64,000 bases of DNA from Candidatus Marinacidobacterales bacterium (GCA_965219415.1 CBDCNP010000002.1:960001-1024000), one strand, 5' to 3'. Positions 52,291-62,387 are shown, counted from the stretch's first letter. Made by a program: numbers and translations. The notes: generated by a model not told the origin, from the letters alone.

Positions 52291-52880
52291 ATGTCGAGAC
52301 AAGAGACCCGGAGGAGCTTCCTCCGCAACAAGTGCTTGGCGACTGCAGGAGGTGCCCTTCTCGCAACGGCTTCGGCAGCCGCGCCGGTTCGGTTGCGCGC
52401 GAGTCGCGGCAAGGCACGAGCCCAGAGCAACGGTTACGCGAGCTCGGCATCGAGCTGCCGCCGCCGCCGCGACCGGTCGCCGTCTATGTCCCGGCGGTAC
52501 GCACCGGAAACGTGTTGTTCACCGCCGGCCACACCCCGCGTGGGCCGGACCGAGCGCCACTAGTAGGAAAGATCGGCGCCGACATGACGGTGGAGCAGGG
52601 CTACGCTGCCGCGCGGATCTCCGGACTGAACCTGTTGAGCACGGTACGCAACACCCTGGGTAGCCTCGATAAGGTGGTAAGGCTGGTGAAAATTCTCGGC
52701 ATGGTCAACTGCACACCCGACTTCGGTCAGCAACCCCAGGTGATCAACGGCTTCAGCGAGCTGCTGGTCGAGGTCTTCGGTGAGGAGATGGGAAAAGGCG
52801 GCCGCAGCGCGGTCGGCATGGCATCGTTGCCGGCCAACCAACCGGTCGAGGTCGAAGCCATCTTCGAAGTCCGCGACTGA
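52291..52880 (+). CDS. RidA/YjgF family protein with Tat-like signal; one frameshift (~52395)
   Basis: SD AAGGAGG; MSRQETRRSFL; then PEQRLRELGIELP, YVPAVRTGN, VINGFSELL, RSAVGMASLP, VEVEAIFEV. Confidence 0.85.
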
Positions 52881-53082
52881 CATGCGCCTGACCGCCAGCG
52901 CATGGCGGGCAATTCTCACGTAAGTCACTAGGGGTACAATTAAAGAAGGTGGGCATCACTCGGCTTGCCGCAGAGTCTCACGCGCAAGCTCCACCGCCGT
53001 CAACTTCGCCAACTCCTGCTGGAAAACAGCGGCCGATTCGCGTTGATAGACGTCTTGGGTCGGGCGAGGAAGTTGCGATCCA

Positions 53083-53400
53083 GTGCTGATGACCGCTGTC
53101 TCGAGCGCCGGAGGACAGTGGCCGCGCTGGTCGCCGTCCGGAAACGAGCTCTTCTACATGGAGGGCACCACGATGATGGCGGTTCCCGTCACACTCGAGC
53201 CCTCGTTTCGCGTCAGCGAGAAACCCAAGGCTTTGTTCACCGGCAAATACACGACATGGTTCGACGTCTTCCCCGACGGCCAGCACTTCGCTATCCTCAC
53301 ATTTACCGAAGCCGACTTGCGGGAGCTTACGGTTGTGGTCAACTGGTCTACCGAGATCTCTCGACTGTTCTCCGACAAAAAAAGTGAATTTTTCCTTGAC
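53083..53400 (+). pseudogene. C-terminal stump of a kinase/TolB-like (PD40) protein
   Basis: VSSAGGQWPRWSPSGNELFY...FDVFPDGQHF...TVVVNW, typical end of acidobacterial kinase-propeller proteins; no upstream part present. Confidence 0.6.
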
Positions 53401-53589
53401 AAGATTCTCTTAGCACTTTTTTCTTCGAGCCTGCCTGCTCTCTAAGTCACTCCACAAAGCTACCGCCGGTCTTCAGATCACTCTCTAGAAGCTTCGACAC
53501 GAAAAGTTCATCCAGACCACTTATGTGTCGACTCGTGTCGACTGAGGGTCGAAAAAAGTGCGTGGTTATATTAGGTGTGGGGGGACGAC

Positions 53590-54849
53590 ATGAATCACAC
53601 GTCGGAGATGGAGCAGTTGGAGAACGAGATCGCGGAATTGTCGGCACATATCCATGCCGCAAATTTTCGTTTAATGACGTTGATTCGCCGGTTCGACGAG
53701 GGCGAAGGGTGGAACGATGGCTTTCGCTCCTGCGCCCATTGGTTAGCCTACCGGACTGGTCACGGTCTCCACACCGCCCGCGAGATGGTCCGCGTGTCGC
53801 GGACACTCCCGAAGCTTCCGCTCGTCAGTGAAGCCATCGAAAAGGGTGAGCTCTCTTATTCGAAGGTCAGAGCGATTACGCGGGTCGCGACACCGGAGAA
53901 TGAAGACAAGCTGATGCAGGTTGCTCGGGGGGGGACCGCCTCGCACGTCGAGAGAATCGTTGGAGCTTGGCGTCGTGTTGACCTGCAATCGGAAAGAGAC
54001 GAAGCACAATGTTCAGCAGAAGAGCCGCTACCTGAGCGCCGACGCCGACGGGATGTGCGTCATCCGGGGACGACTCACACCGGAAGTAGGTGCAGTAATG
54101 ATGAAGGCTCCGGAGTCCGTTACCAAACTACCCCCCTCAGGCGCCCCAGGGGAGATGCCCACTCACGCACAACCTCGAGCCGATGCCATGGGCTTGATTG
54201 CGGAGCGAGCGCTGCAGAAGGGTCTGGAGGAAGGAGGTTCGACGAGCGACCGCTACCAAGTCGTGGTGCACGTGGATTCCCAGGTCCTCGAGGACGGAGA
54301 ACAGTCCGGTCAGTCGGTGCTGGAGGAGGGTCCACGCGTCCCCGCGGGGACGTCCCAGCGGATCGCGTGCGATTCAAGCAAGGTGGTCATGCAGCATGGG
54401 ACCGACGGCTCTGTATTGAGTGTAGGCCGGAAAACCCGCACGGTGCCCCCGTCTCTTAGACGAGCCTTGACCCATAGAGACCGTGTCTGCCGATTCCAGG
54501 GTGCGAATCGAAGTTCTGCGATGCCCATCATATAGAGCACTGGGCTAACGGCGGCGAGACCAAGCTCACGAACCTGATTCTCCTTTGCCGGCGTCACCAT
54601 CGCGCTCTTCACGAGGATGGATACGCCGTGAAGTTCCTACCCGACGGCGAGCCGCAGTTCTATTCGCCGTTCGGAGTGAAGCTGCCGAACGTGCCAGAGC
54701 CGCCTGAGCTCCCCAATGACCCTGTGTCGGCGCTGATCGATCGTCATCGTGAAGAAGGGCTGGCGATCGGTGCCCAGACCACCCGTCCTAACTGGGATGG
54801 AGAGCCCGTCGACGTAGGCTATGTGGTGGATGTGCTGCGATCTCCATAA
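53590..54849 (+). mobile_element. DUF222/HNH endonuclease (13E12-repeat-like) element, frameshifted
   Basis: RSCAHWLAYRTG, GELSYSKVRAITRVA; RIACD; corrected RDRVCRFPGC...DAHHIEHWANGGET.LTNLILLCRRHHRALHE. Confidence 0.8.
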
Positions 54850-54905
54850 TATAAGGAATCCGCCACCCATCGGAACGGGGGTCGGATCCAATTATGTGCA
54901 TTTTG

Positions 54906-55436
54906 TTACTTTTGGTTACGTTGGCGATGCACGGATTGGGCGAAGAACATCGTTTCCGTTACCTGGATATCCTGCGCCGGGTGGTGGGCGGTCACGCTCT
55001 CGAGCGTCTCGCCGGTGTCAGGGTCCTCGAACACAATCGTCCACTCGCCCGGATGTGCATTGAAAATGCATTCCGGAAACAAGACGTGGTGGTGCCAGTG
55101 CCTACCTCGTCCGGACAAGGTTTTGGCCCGGCGCATCATCTCCGCGACCTTGGGGGAGGCATCGCTGTCGGGGTCCGGATCCTCTTGCACGGCATCCTCG
55201 CCGTGCGCGAGCGTCGCCAAAGATCGCGCCGTCTCCATCATCGGCTCCTCGGAATAGCTCGCGAAGACCTCGGCCCTGTCAGACGCCTCGAGAATCAACC
55301 CACACAGCGGACGATCGTTGAGCCGGCAGTCGGAGGAAAGAACGTGGGGGTGCCACTTCTCACCGGAGGCGGTAAGCTCGGTGCCGAGTTCTAGCAGTCG
55401 GTCTTGAGTGACTTCGGTTATGGGATGACGTGCCAT
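54906..55436 (-). CDS. Hypothetical protein with duplicated WHxHVLxxxCxxN motif; start uncertain
   Basis: WHPHVLSSDCRLN and WHHHVLFPECIFN in two similar halves. Confidence 0.6.
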   Translation of the reverse strand: MARHPITEVTQDRLLELGTELTASGEKWHPHVLSSDCRLNDRPLCGLILEASDRAEVFASYSEEPMMETARSLATLAHGEDAVQEDPDPDSDASPKVAEMMRRAKTLSGRGRHWHHHVLFPECIFNAHPGEWTIVFEDPDTGETLESVTAHHPAQDIQVTETMFFAQSVHRQRNQK

Positions 55437-56770
55437 TCGGGTGCTCGGTTCAGGTAGTCGAAGCCGTCCTCCGTGAAGGCTACGATTTGCCCGTGACCGA
55501 GCTCCAGGCCCCGATCTCCCCAGCCCTCGATGACCACGTCGATGTGCGGCTCGAAGGCGTACAGCGTGTTGTAGTGCAGCTTGTGATCGTTGGTGACGAT
55601 TGAGGTCGGCGCGTAGCCCGGCCCCGAGGTCATGCCGACCACCGCCGTCTTCGTCGAGAGCATCCAGCCATCGCGATGGAAACGCAATAAGTATTTCGGC
55701 GGTGGGTGAAAATCGTTGGTAGGTGGGCCGGCCATGTTATCCGGGAACGTGAGCGCTTCCGATGCAGCCACGATCTCCTTGCCGGTACGCCCGACCTTGA
55801 ACTCGGCGGCGAGCTGATCCTGGATCGCGTTGGCCGTATGAAGCGCGTCCACGAGCTCCGCGGGGACCTCGGCCTCCCCTTCTCGTAACACGTACGCGTA
55901 TTGGTGCGTGTCGGTCACCAGACCGTACATGAAGACGTCGGTATCGATGCGCAGCACGTCGCCGCGCCGGATCACGACGTCGATATCGTTGCGGGTCCGG
56001 GCCCCGACCACGTGCTCTTTCGGATCGTCGTACTTGGCGATGTCCTCGAGACTTCTCTGGATGGAGATGCTCGGGTGGTTCTCGTGCTCGATGCCGAGAT
56101 CGAGCATCTTCTGCCGAAACCACCAATTGAGGTCGTCGGTTGAGGTCTCGTCGGGGACGACACTGGCGAAGCCCTCGGCAATGATTTCATTGGCGAGCCC
56201 GACGACCTCGCGAAAACGCTCGATCATCTCGGGGCTGACGGTTTCAACCCAGCGCACGCCGAGGGTCCATGAGTCGACGGTACGATCCGCGTACTTCCCT
56301 AGCGCCGCCAGCATCTCCTTGTTGTTGAACTGACTGATGGCGATCTTTTTCGGATCGCGCTCGGCTACTAACTCGTCGATATGCGCGTAGTCGCGCGGCT
56401 CGACGTACTCGATCTCCTCGCCGTTGTCGTAAAAGAGTAAGAACGCCGGCTTCGCCCCCCCGTGCTCGCTATCGAAGATCATACCGCGGAGGTCGGCGGA
56501 CACGAGCGTCGAGTACACCGGCCCTTCGTTGTTGTAGTACTTGTCGGCCTCGTTGTCACGAATGATCCAGAGATCGACCCCTTGCTCCCGCATCACCATG
56601 GGAAGCACGTTCTCCGTCTTCCACTGCCTCCATCCTTCGGCCAACGCGACTCGCTCGCGAAGAGGCAGTAGCTTCGGTCCGGCCGAGTCTTCCCGTGACG
56701 TGTTTTCCGGAACGGCACAACCCACGGCCGCAACGGCGGATAAAAGTATCGTGCAAAGCGTATTTCGCAT
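55418..56770 (-). CDS. M24 (Xaa-Pro aminopeptidase-like) metallopeptidase lipoprotein
   Basis: AVGC lipobox; IRRGDVLRIDTD..GLVTDTHQYAYVL, AFEPH. Confidence 0.75.
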   Translation of the reverse strand: MRNTLCTILLSAVAAVGCAVPENTSREDSAGPKLLPLRERVALAEGWRQWKTENVLPMVMREQGVDLWIIRDNEADKYYNNEGPVYSTLVSADLRGMIFDSEHGGAKPAFLLFYDNGEEIEYVEPRDYAHIDELVAERDPKKIAISQFNNKEMLAALGKYADRTVDSWTLGVRWVETVSPEMIERFREVVGLANEIIAEGFASVVPDETSTDDLNWWFRQKMLDLGIEHENHPSISIQRSLEDIAKYDDPKEHVVGARTRNDIDVVIRRGDVLRIDTDVFMYGLVTDTHQYAYVLREGEAEVPAELVDALHTANAIQDQLAAEFKVGRTGKEIVAASEALTFPDNMAGPPTNDFHPPPKYLLRFHRDGWMLSTKTAVVGMTSGPGYAPTSIVTNDHKLHYNTLYAFEPHIDVVIEGWGDRGLELGHGQIVAFTEDGFDYLNRAPEWHVIP

Positions 56771-56782
56771 GGGCCAGCCTCC

Positions 56783-58711
56783 TCAGTTTCCGAGAACGAT
56801 GGAAGCGCGGTCACGCCCGGCCTGCGCGGCGCGTACCTCGACGGTAATCTCGGTGCCCGAGTCGGCTCGAACGAGCCACTCGACGGTTTTCGTCGATTCG
56901 TCGGCGCCGGCGCCCCAGCGCCACAGATAGGAATGCTTCCCGAGGATGTGTCCGGCGTTCTGCAGCGGCTCGCCGCCCACGACTTCGCCGTCCTCCACCT
57001 CGACGCGGGCCAGAATCGGGTTGTCGCGGCGAATCTCCAATGCTTTGCGACTCACGTAGGTCGCCAAGTACCCCTGATTCTGCAGCGTCGCGACGACGCG
57101 GTACTCGCCATCGGCAACCGTTTCCGCGGTCAGCTTCGCGATCTTCAGGATCGGCGCCAGATCGGCGATGTATAGCAGGAAGCGGTAGTGAAGGTCGGCC
57201 TCCGCGAGCATACGTTCATCGAGGGCCGGCGGCATGCCTCGCCACCCACCGATCTCCACCGCGCCGAGGGTGGGGTGATCAAAGCTCGTCCACTGGGGCC
57301 AGAGCTCGCCAGCCTTTTCTTCGTCGTTCCAGCGCAGAATCTCGTACATGTTCACGTAGCGATCGCCGTCGTAGTCCTTGCCGACCGCCATTCCCTCGGG
57401 CATCAGCGCATGCAGGCCGCGGCTGATGTAGGCCCAGTCGACCTCGCAACCATGCTGGACGAGGGTGTAGGCCCCGGCCGCGATTTCTTGGCTGTAGTAG
57501 TTGTTCTCGATGATGTTGCCGCCGCCCAGAGCCGACCAGACCGCACCGATGCGAGTGTAGAACTCGTTGTCTTCCGGCGCCATCCAGTCGTACGGATGAT
57601 GTAGTCCGGGGCGTGCGGTGTAGTTGCGCGCCGTCTGGTCGGCGTGCTGGTTGTACTGGAAGAAGATGTTCTTGTGCGACGTAATGAACTTCGCCGCGGC
57701 GCGCGTCTCCAGCAGCGAGAACGGAAACGGTCCTCCTCCGGGTTCGTCCGGCCGCCACTCGGCGCTCCAATCGCGGTTGAAGTCAGAGTGCGGCGGGTCG
57801 AGCCCGACGTTCCTCTCGAAGCCATCCACGGTGAGGTTGAGGTCGTCACGCCGGTGCAGCGGATCCGACCCCTCGGTGTAGATGGTGTAGCGCTCGTTGG
57901 CGGGAACCGCATGCTCGATGTCCGGAAGGCCCTCGCCGGTGGGCTTCCATCGCGACGACGCCCCGACCGTGGTCGAACCGACCACTTGCTGACCCGACGA
58001 ACGGAAGAACTTCTCTTCGTCGTAAACGGTTGGAACGTAGTTCCAGCGGCCGTCGTCGCGGGCGCGCAACCGCAGCATGACGCGGTCGTCGCGCGGGCTC
58101 GCGTACCACATGCCCTCGGGATCCTTGACCCGCATGCTGCTGATGTATCCGTCCCCGTTCAGGTCGCTCCCGACGTGTTGGCCGGGAACATGCTCGGGCC
58201 AAGCGGGATGCCGCGTCAGCGCACGTTCGCCTCCGTCGGCATCGAACATCGGCACCACGTAGAAAACTCTCGAATCGATCAACCAAGTGACGACCGCGTC
58301 GCGCCCGTGGCCGGCCAGCAAACGCTCCAGAAAGTACATGGACCGCACGCGCGTATTGAGCTCGTGGGCGTGCAGATTGCCGTCGATCCATAGCCCTGGC
58401 TTTGTCTCGCCCGGTCCGGTGACCGAGTTGGTGACTTCCATCAGCCACATGTCACGGCCCGCCGCGGTTTTCCCGATGCTGTGCAGCGTGGTCAACTTCG
58501 GATACTCGCGCGCCAGTTCCTGGAGTCGCTTCGTAACCTCGACGTAGAGCGGGTACGGCCAACGACCGAAGTCGTAGTTGATATCGGACAGCTCGCCGTC
58601 GATCGCATCGAGGGCGCCCTGCCCGCCCGCCATGGGTGCCAGGAACGAGAACACCAGCATCGCCATCACGACCGAACGCGCCATGACCCCAACGGCTCTC
58701 ATCGCCCTCAT
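56783..58711 (-). CDS. Secreted M14 zinc carboxypeptidase (third in operon)
   Basis: WIDGNLHAHE, DFNRDW, PFSLLET, YNQH, LMPE; DxxGDG motifs. Confidence 0.88.
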   Translation of the reverse strand: MRAMRAVGVMARSVVMAMLVFSFLAPMAGGQGALDAIDGELSDINYDFGRWPYPLYVEVTKRLQELAREYPKLTTLHSIGKTAAGRDMWLMEVTNSVTGPGETKPGLWIDGNLHAHELNTRVRSMYFLERLLAGHGRDAVVTWLIDSRVFYVVPMFDADGGERALTRHPAWPEHVPGQHVGSDLNGDGYISSMRVKDPEGMWYASPRDDRVMLRLRARDDGRWNYVPTVYDEEKFFRSSGQQVVGSTTVGASSRWKPTGEGLPDIEHAVPANERYTIYTEGSDPLHRRDDLNLTVDGFERNVGLDPPHSDFNRDWSAEWRPDEPGGGPFPFSLLETRAAAKFITSHKNIFFQYNQHADQTARNYTARPGLHHPYDWMAPEDNEFYTRIGAVWSALGGGNIIENNYYSQEIAAGAYTLVQHGCEVDWAYISRGLHALMPEGMAVGKDYDGDRYVNMYEILRWNDEEKAGELWPQWTSFDHPTLGAVEIGGWRGMPPALDERMLAEADLHYRFLLYIADLAPILKIAKLTAETVADGEYRVVATLQNQGYLATYVSRKALEIRRDNPILARVEVEDGEVVGGEPLQNAGHILGKHSYLWRWGAGADESTKTVEWLVRADSGTEITVEVRAAQAGRDRASIVLGN

Positions 58712-60495
58712 TGGACGCTCAGCTCCTTGGTGTCGCTCCCGGCCTTGGCGGCCGAGGCTTTGACCGTCACGTTTACCGGCCCCGATCCTGTCGGTCGCAC
58801 CGTCCAGACGACCGTCTCGGACGGCACGTCCTCTCCCCCATCGGCCCATTGCCGGATGTACGCGAACTTTCCCAACAGGTGTCCGACTTCCTGGCGTGCC
58901 TCCCCGTCGACCAACTCACCGCCCGCGATCGAAAGCTCGACGAGGGCCGGGAAGTCGCGACGTCGTACCGAAAGAGCGGCGCCCGGCCCTGCATCTATGG
59001 TGGAGCCGCCGATTTCGAGCGCCCGGCGCGTCACGTATGTCGACAACCAACCGTCGTTGCGGACGGTGGCGGAGACCCGATAGGTCCCGTCGTCGCCCGG
59101 CTCAGAGCTCACTTCCACCCTAAGCTCAGGAGCGAGGCTCGCCGCGTACATGAGGAACTTGAAGTTGTTGTCGTTCCGCCGCTCCATAATGTCGCCGATG
59201 GAAGGTGGCAACATTCCCTGCGTCCCGACCATCCCGCCGCCGATCTCGACGCGCCCGAGAACCGGATGATCGTAGGGCTCCCACGGCCGGGCATATCGAC
59301 CGCCCATCTCTTCCTGGTGCCAGCGCTCGCGCTCGTCGGGCAACACTTCACTGTTGCCATCGTAGTCGCGACCCGAGCCGCCCACCTCAGCGCCGAAGCC
59401 GAAGATGCCGAGATGCAGGTAGGCCCAGTCGGGAGGCAAGCCACCGATCGTCGCGCCGGTACCGTTGGGGGTGTAGAAGTCGCTGTAGGTTTGATCTCCT
59501 GGGCTGAGGTACGCCCACGCCTGGGCCAAGCGAACGTAGAAATCGTTGTCCTCATGATGCATCGCTTGGTATGGCCCGTTGCTCAAGGGGCGGATCATCC
59601 ACTCGCGACCGACGTTGGCTGCGTGAACGTCGTGCATAAAGAAGATGTTGTTACGGAAGGTTATCTCCTTGGCCACCCCGTAGATCTCCGGAAGCGAGAA
59701 CGGGAACTCGCCGGCGCCGGGATCCTCAGAGACCCACTCCGCGGCGAAGTTCCGGTTGTAGTCCGGTTCCTCGCGACGCCCGGTCCAATGGCGGTCGCGA
59801 TCCTTGATCTGCCAGTGTGTCTCCGATTGCTGTCGCCAAACGTATCCGAGCGGGTCTCGGTGTTCGGGCGAATCGGGCAGCGTCCCCTCGGTGATGGTCC
59901 GATACTCCTCGTCGTCTGGGTTTTCCTTCCAACGCATCGATGTGATGAAACCGTCGCCGTTCAGATCACGGCCTGGATGATCCTCCGGGTTGTGCCCCGG
60001 CCAAGAGGGCTGGGAGGTCAGGGAGATTCGGTGGCCGTCAGAGTTGAGGTTCGGAACGACGTAGAAGGTTCGTGTATCGATGAGCCGGGTCACGACCGGG
60101 TCGGTACCGTACATTGCGAGTGCGCGTTCGATGAAATAGCGCATGTAAGGCGGACCCGGCAGCTCGTCCGGGTGAACGCCCGCCTCGAGCCACAATCCGG
60201 GTTTCGATTCGCCGGGGCCGGTTTCCCGATTCGTGATCTCGATCATCCACATCTCGGCGCCCTGCCGGCTGTCGGCGAAACGCCACGAGCGAGCGATGTT
60301 CGGGTACTTCCGTGCGAGCTCTTGAAGGCGAGCGTTGGTTTCTTCCTGGAGCTCGTAGGGCCAGCGGTCGAAGTCGAATTGATCCTTGGTCGGATGGAAA
60401 TCGACGAAGGTTTCGAACGCCTGGCCGGAAACAAACCCCGGCAATAGTAGAAACACTAGGCCGACCAGAAACTGAGTCCCGGACCTACTGGTCAA
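58708..60495 (-). CDS. Secreted M14 zinc carboxypeptidase (second in operon)
   Basis: WLEAGVHPDE, DYNRNF, PFSLPE, HDVH, FGAE. Confidence 0.88.
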   Translation of the reverse strand: MTSRSGTQFLVGLVFLLLPGFVSGQAFETFVDFHPTKDQFDFDRWPYELQEETNARLQELARKYPNIARSWRFADSRQGAEMWMIEITNRETGPGESKPGLWLEAGVHPDELPGPPYMRYFIERALAMYGTDPVVTRLIDTRTFYVVPNLNSDGHRISLTSQPSWPGHNPEDHPGRDLNGDGFITSMRWKENPDDEEYRTITEGTLPDSPEHRDPLGYVWRQQSETHWQIKDRDRHWTGRREEPDYNRNFAAEWVSEDPGAGEFPFSLPEIYGVAKEITFRNNIFFMHDVHAANVGREWMIRPLSNGPYQAMHHEDNDFYVRLAQAWAYLSPGDQTYSDFYTPNGTGATIGGLPPDWAYLHLGIFGFGAEVGGSGRDYDGNSEVLPDERERWHQEEMGGRYARPWEPYDHPVLGRVEIGGGMVGTQGMLPPSIGDIMERRNDNNFKFLMYAASLAPELRVEVSSEPGDDGTYRVSATVRNDGWLSTYVTRRALEIGGSTIDAGPGAALSVRRRDFPALVELSIAGGELVDGEARQEVGHLLGKFAYIRQWADGGEDVPSETVVWTVRPTGSGPVNVTVKASAAKAGSDTKELSVQ

Positions 60496-62179
60496 GACTC
60501 ACCTCCGCTCGATGAGCACCGCCCTTGGGGCTCGAGGCCAAGACGGTCACGCGCGCCGCTCCGGCATCGCTACTTCGAACCACCCATTCCACCGTTTCGA
60601 CCGGCGGAGTCTGTTGAAAACCGCCGGTAATAAACCCTTCGACGTGACCAATGTTCCTTACCGAATCCCCCTCCACGATTTCGCCACCGGTTACCTCGAC
60701 ATTGACCACAACGGGCGTGTCCCGTCGGATCTCGATGGCCCGTCGAGTGACGTAGGTCGACAACCCCCCTTGGTTCTGGATGCTAGCGGTAACCCGGTAC
60801 CTGCCGTTGCCCAGAGGCTCGGTGTCGATGGCGATCACACGCACGAGTGGCGAGAGGCCCGCGATGTAGAGAAGATAGTCGTATTGGATCTCGCTGTGCT
60901 CCTGCAGGGTCTCGTCGAGGGCCGGTGGCATTCCTCGCGATCCGCCGATCTCGACGCGGCCAAGCGTCGGATGATCGTAGGGGGTCCAAGGCGAATCGAA
61001 CATTCCTCCCTTTTCCTCGCGATGCCATCGCTCTTCTTCCTGCGGACGGATCCAGCCGTCGCCGTTGTAGTCCCAGCCCGAGCCGTTGACCTCCGGCGTC
61101 AGGCTATGCAGGCCCGCATCCATGTAGGCCCAATCGTCGGCGAAACCGGCCATGTACGAGCCGTAGCCGCGCTGCTCGCCTTTATCGTTCAGCTCGCTGG
61201 TGTTGAACAGAAAGCTGTAGTAGTTGTTCTCGATGAGGCCACCCTTGCTGAGCGCTCCCCAAACCGCCCCGATCCGTTCGTAGAAGTTATTGTCTTCGCC
61301 GTGCATCTCATCGTACGGCTGTCCCATCGGCGGTCGGACCATGTAGCTGCGCGCCCCGCCACCTGAATGAATCGTGTACGTGAAGAAAATGTTGCCGTGA
61401 TCGAGGATGAAGTCGGCCACCGCAGCCACCTCGGGCAAGGAAAAGGGACGCGAGCCGGCCCCTGGCTCGTCGGCGCTCCACTCCGCGGACCAATTGCCAT
61501 TGAAGTCGCCTCCCTCGCGTTCGCCGGTGAGCTCGTTCCGTCGCCGGCGCTGTAGAAACGAAGGCCCGGCGCGCGGGTCGAGTGCGGCAAGCGATTCCTT
61601 GTAGTACCCGTACCCACCCTCGCCATCGGTAACACGCATTTGGGTGATATAGCCGTCGCCGTCGAGATCGTCCCCGACTTGCTCGTCGGCATCATAGCCT
61701 GGCCAGGATGGATGCCGGCTCAGCAGCAAGTCGCCGCCGTCGACGTCGAAGGCGGGCATCACGTAGAACGTGCGCGTGTCAAGCATTCGGGTCGTCCGCT
61801 CGTCCTTGCCGTAGCTATAGAGCAGACGCGCCACGAAGTACCGAAGGTAAGGCCGCCCGGTCAGCTCCCAGGCATGGATGTTCCCATCCATCCAAAGCCC
61901 CGGCTTGCCCTCGCCAGGACCGGTGGCGAAGTTGGTGAGCTCGATGACCCAAAGAGGTCTGCCTCGGCGGCTCTCGCCGATCTGGTGGACCCGCGCCAAT
62001 CCGGGATACTGGTCAGCGAGGTCACGCAACTCCTCGCCTATCTCGTCATTTAGCGGGTAGGGCCAACGGTCGTAGTCGAAGGAAAAACCGGAGGGGGCTG
62101 AGCGGCGCACGTCTTGCCCAGCTGCCAACGATGTCCAGAGCAGTGCCAGAGCTAATGCAACAGGCAAGCCGTCCCGCAT
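60485..62179 (-). CDS. Secreted M14 zinc carboxypeptidase (first in operon)
   Basis: WMDGNIHAWE, DFNGNW, PFSLPE, YTIHS, LTPE. Confidence 0.88.
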   Translation of the reverse strand: MRDGLPVALALALLWTSLAAGQDVRRSAPSGFSFDYDRWPYPLNDEIGEELRDLADQYPGLARVHQIGESRRGRPLWVIELTNFATGPGEGKPGLWMDGNIHAWELTGRPYLRYFVARLLYSYGKDERTTRMLDTRTFYVMPAFDVDGGDLLLSRHPSWPGYDADEQVGDDLDGDGYITQMRVTDGEGGYGYYKESLAALDPRAGPSFLQRRRRNELTGEREGGDFNGNWSAEWSADEPGAGSRPFSLPEVAAVADFILDHGNIFFTYTIHSGGGARSYMVRPPMGQPYDEMHGEDNNFYERIGAVWGALSKGGLIENNYYSFLFNTSELNDKGEQRGYGSYMAGFADDWAYMDAGLHSLTPEVNGSGWDYNGDGWIRPQEEERWHREEKGGMFDSPWTPYDHPTLGRVEIGGSRGMPPALDETLQEHSEIQYDYLLYIAGLSPLVRVIAIDTEPLGNGRYRVTASIQNQGGLSTYVTRRAIEIRRDTPVVVNVEVTGGEIVEGDSVRNIGHVEGFITGGFQQTPPVETVEWVVRSSDAGAARVTVLASSPKGGAHRAEVSLDQ

Positions 62180-62197
62180 AGCACCACCCCGGTGGCC

Positions 62198-62231
62198 GCG
62201 GCACGGGAGTCTATGCGGCACGGGAGTCTAT
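62198..62231. repeat. 17-bp tandem direct repeat upstream of the M14 operon
   Basis: GCGGCACGGGAGTCTAT x2. Confidence 0.85.
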
Positions 62232-62387
62232 AAGGAATGAGAGTCACGCATCGGCCCCGGCCACGAACTTGCGCATTGTACACACTTCGAGATTCCTGTC
62301 CAGTGAAATCGTCGCCTCGTCCCGGCAGCATACAAGTGGCAGGCTCTTGCTTAGTATTGTCCAGGCGTTATAGAGTCTTTCGCGCTC

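Noticed and set aside
58711-60447. 578-aa plus-strand ORF (and similar long antisense ORFs at 7646-8800, 2242-3222, 17861-18820)
   Set aside because: Shadow ORFs opposite well-supported genes, expected in high-GC DNA; no motifs.
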